A stretch of DNA of 6,441 bases from Amoeboradix gromovi X-113 (Eukaryota; Fungi; Sanchytriomycota), in the NCBI GenBank assembly GCA_018985225.1, contig JADGIF010000578.1:1-6441 (forward strand), read 5' to 3'. Below, in pieces: positions 6,219 to 6,441 of this stretch. The position numbers were made by a program, and so were the translations under genes. The notes beneath the pieces were generated by a model. That model searched no databases and was not told the origin of the DNA. It saw only the letters and a list, made by a program, of their open reading frames with translations. How positions within the stretch are numbered: the stretch's first letter is position 1; the number at the start of each line of letters is the position of its first letter.

Positions 6219-6441
6219 GTACTCTAAAGAGAGATCAGTGATGTATTTCATATTGTCATCTTACTCCTAAAGCATTATGATTTGCAATGTTTTACACATG
6301 GGACATCAAATATAAAAACTGGACTAACATTCTGTAACAACTTGAACATTATTTCAGCTTTATTACTTTATGGATTCAAGAGGCGAGTGGACATTCAGCT
6401 AGTTGCGGAGTTGACGAGTATGGAAGGAGAATAAATATTCT

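Noticed and set aside
6215-6233. Candidate 19-nt intron GTGAGTACTCTAAAGAGAG over the Rpp21 stop codon
   Set aside because: The branch motif is CTAAA and shifted by one position, the acceptor is GAG rather than YAG, and the protein is already complete. It cannot be excluded without RNA-seq.
6228-6434. Stop-free + strand frame of about 68 codons after the Rpp21 gene
   Set aside because: It has no ATG until the last few codons and no recognisable motif. The minus frames at the window edge are too short to call.

Overview
A very compact, AT-rich eukaryotic nuclear locus in the standard genetic code (TAA/TGA stops). The exact taxon cannot be determined from this window, but the branch-point signals look fungal/opisthokont-like. 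It has five housekeeping genes: propionyl-CoA carboxylase beta chain (PCCB, -), 60S ribosomal protein uL18/RPL5 (+), signal peptide peptidase (+), a UBX-domain protein (-) and an RNase P/MRP Rpp21/Rpr2-family subunit (+). PCCB and SPP are each interrupted by a 19-nt GT-AG intron. The two introns are 15/19 identical and carry an ACTAAY branch site at the same position, which points to an ultra-short, fixed-geometry splicing system. The first kilobase has no ORF in the supplied track, but its minus strand encodes the C-terminal RuvC-II/zinc-finger/RuvC-III part of a Fanzor2/IS607-TnpB-like RNA-guided nuclease. It is 5'-truncated and has Gly where the catalytic Glu is expected. A structured, omegaRNA-like tract follows it directly, and a second, more decayed TnpB/Fanzor-like relic may lie just upstream.
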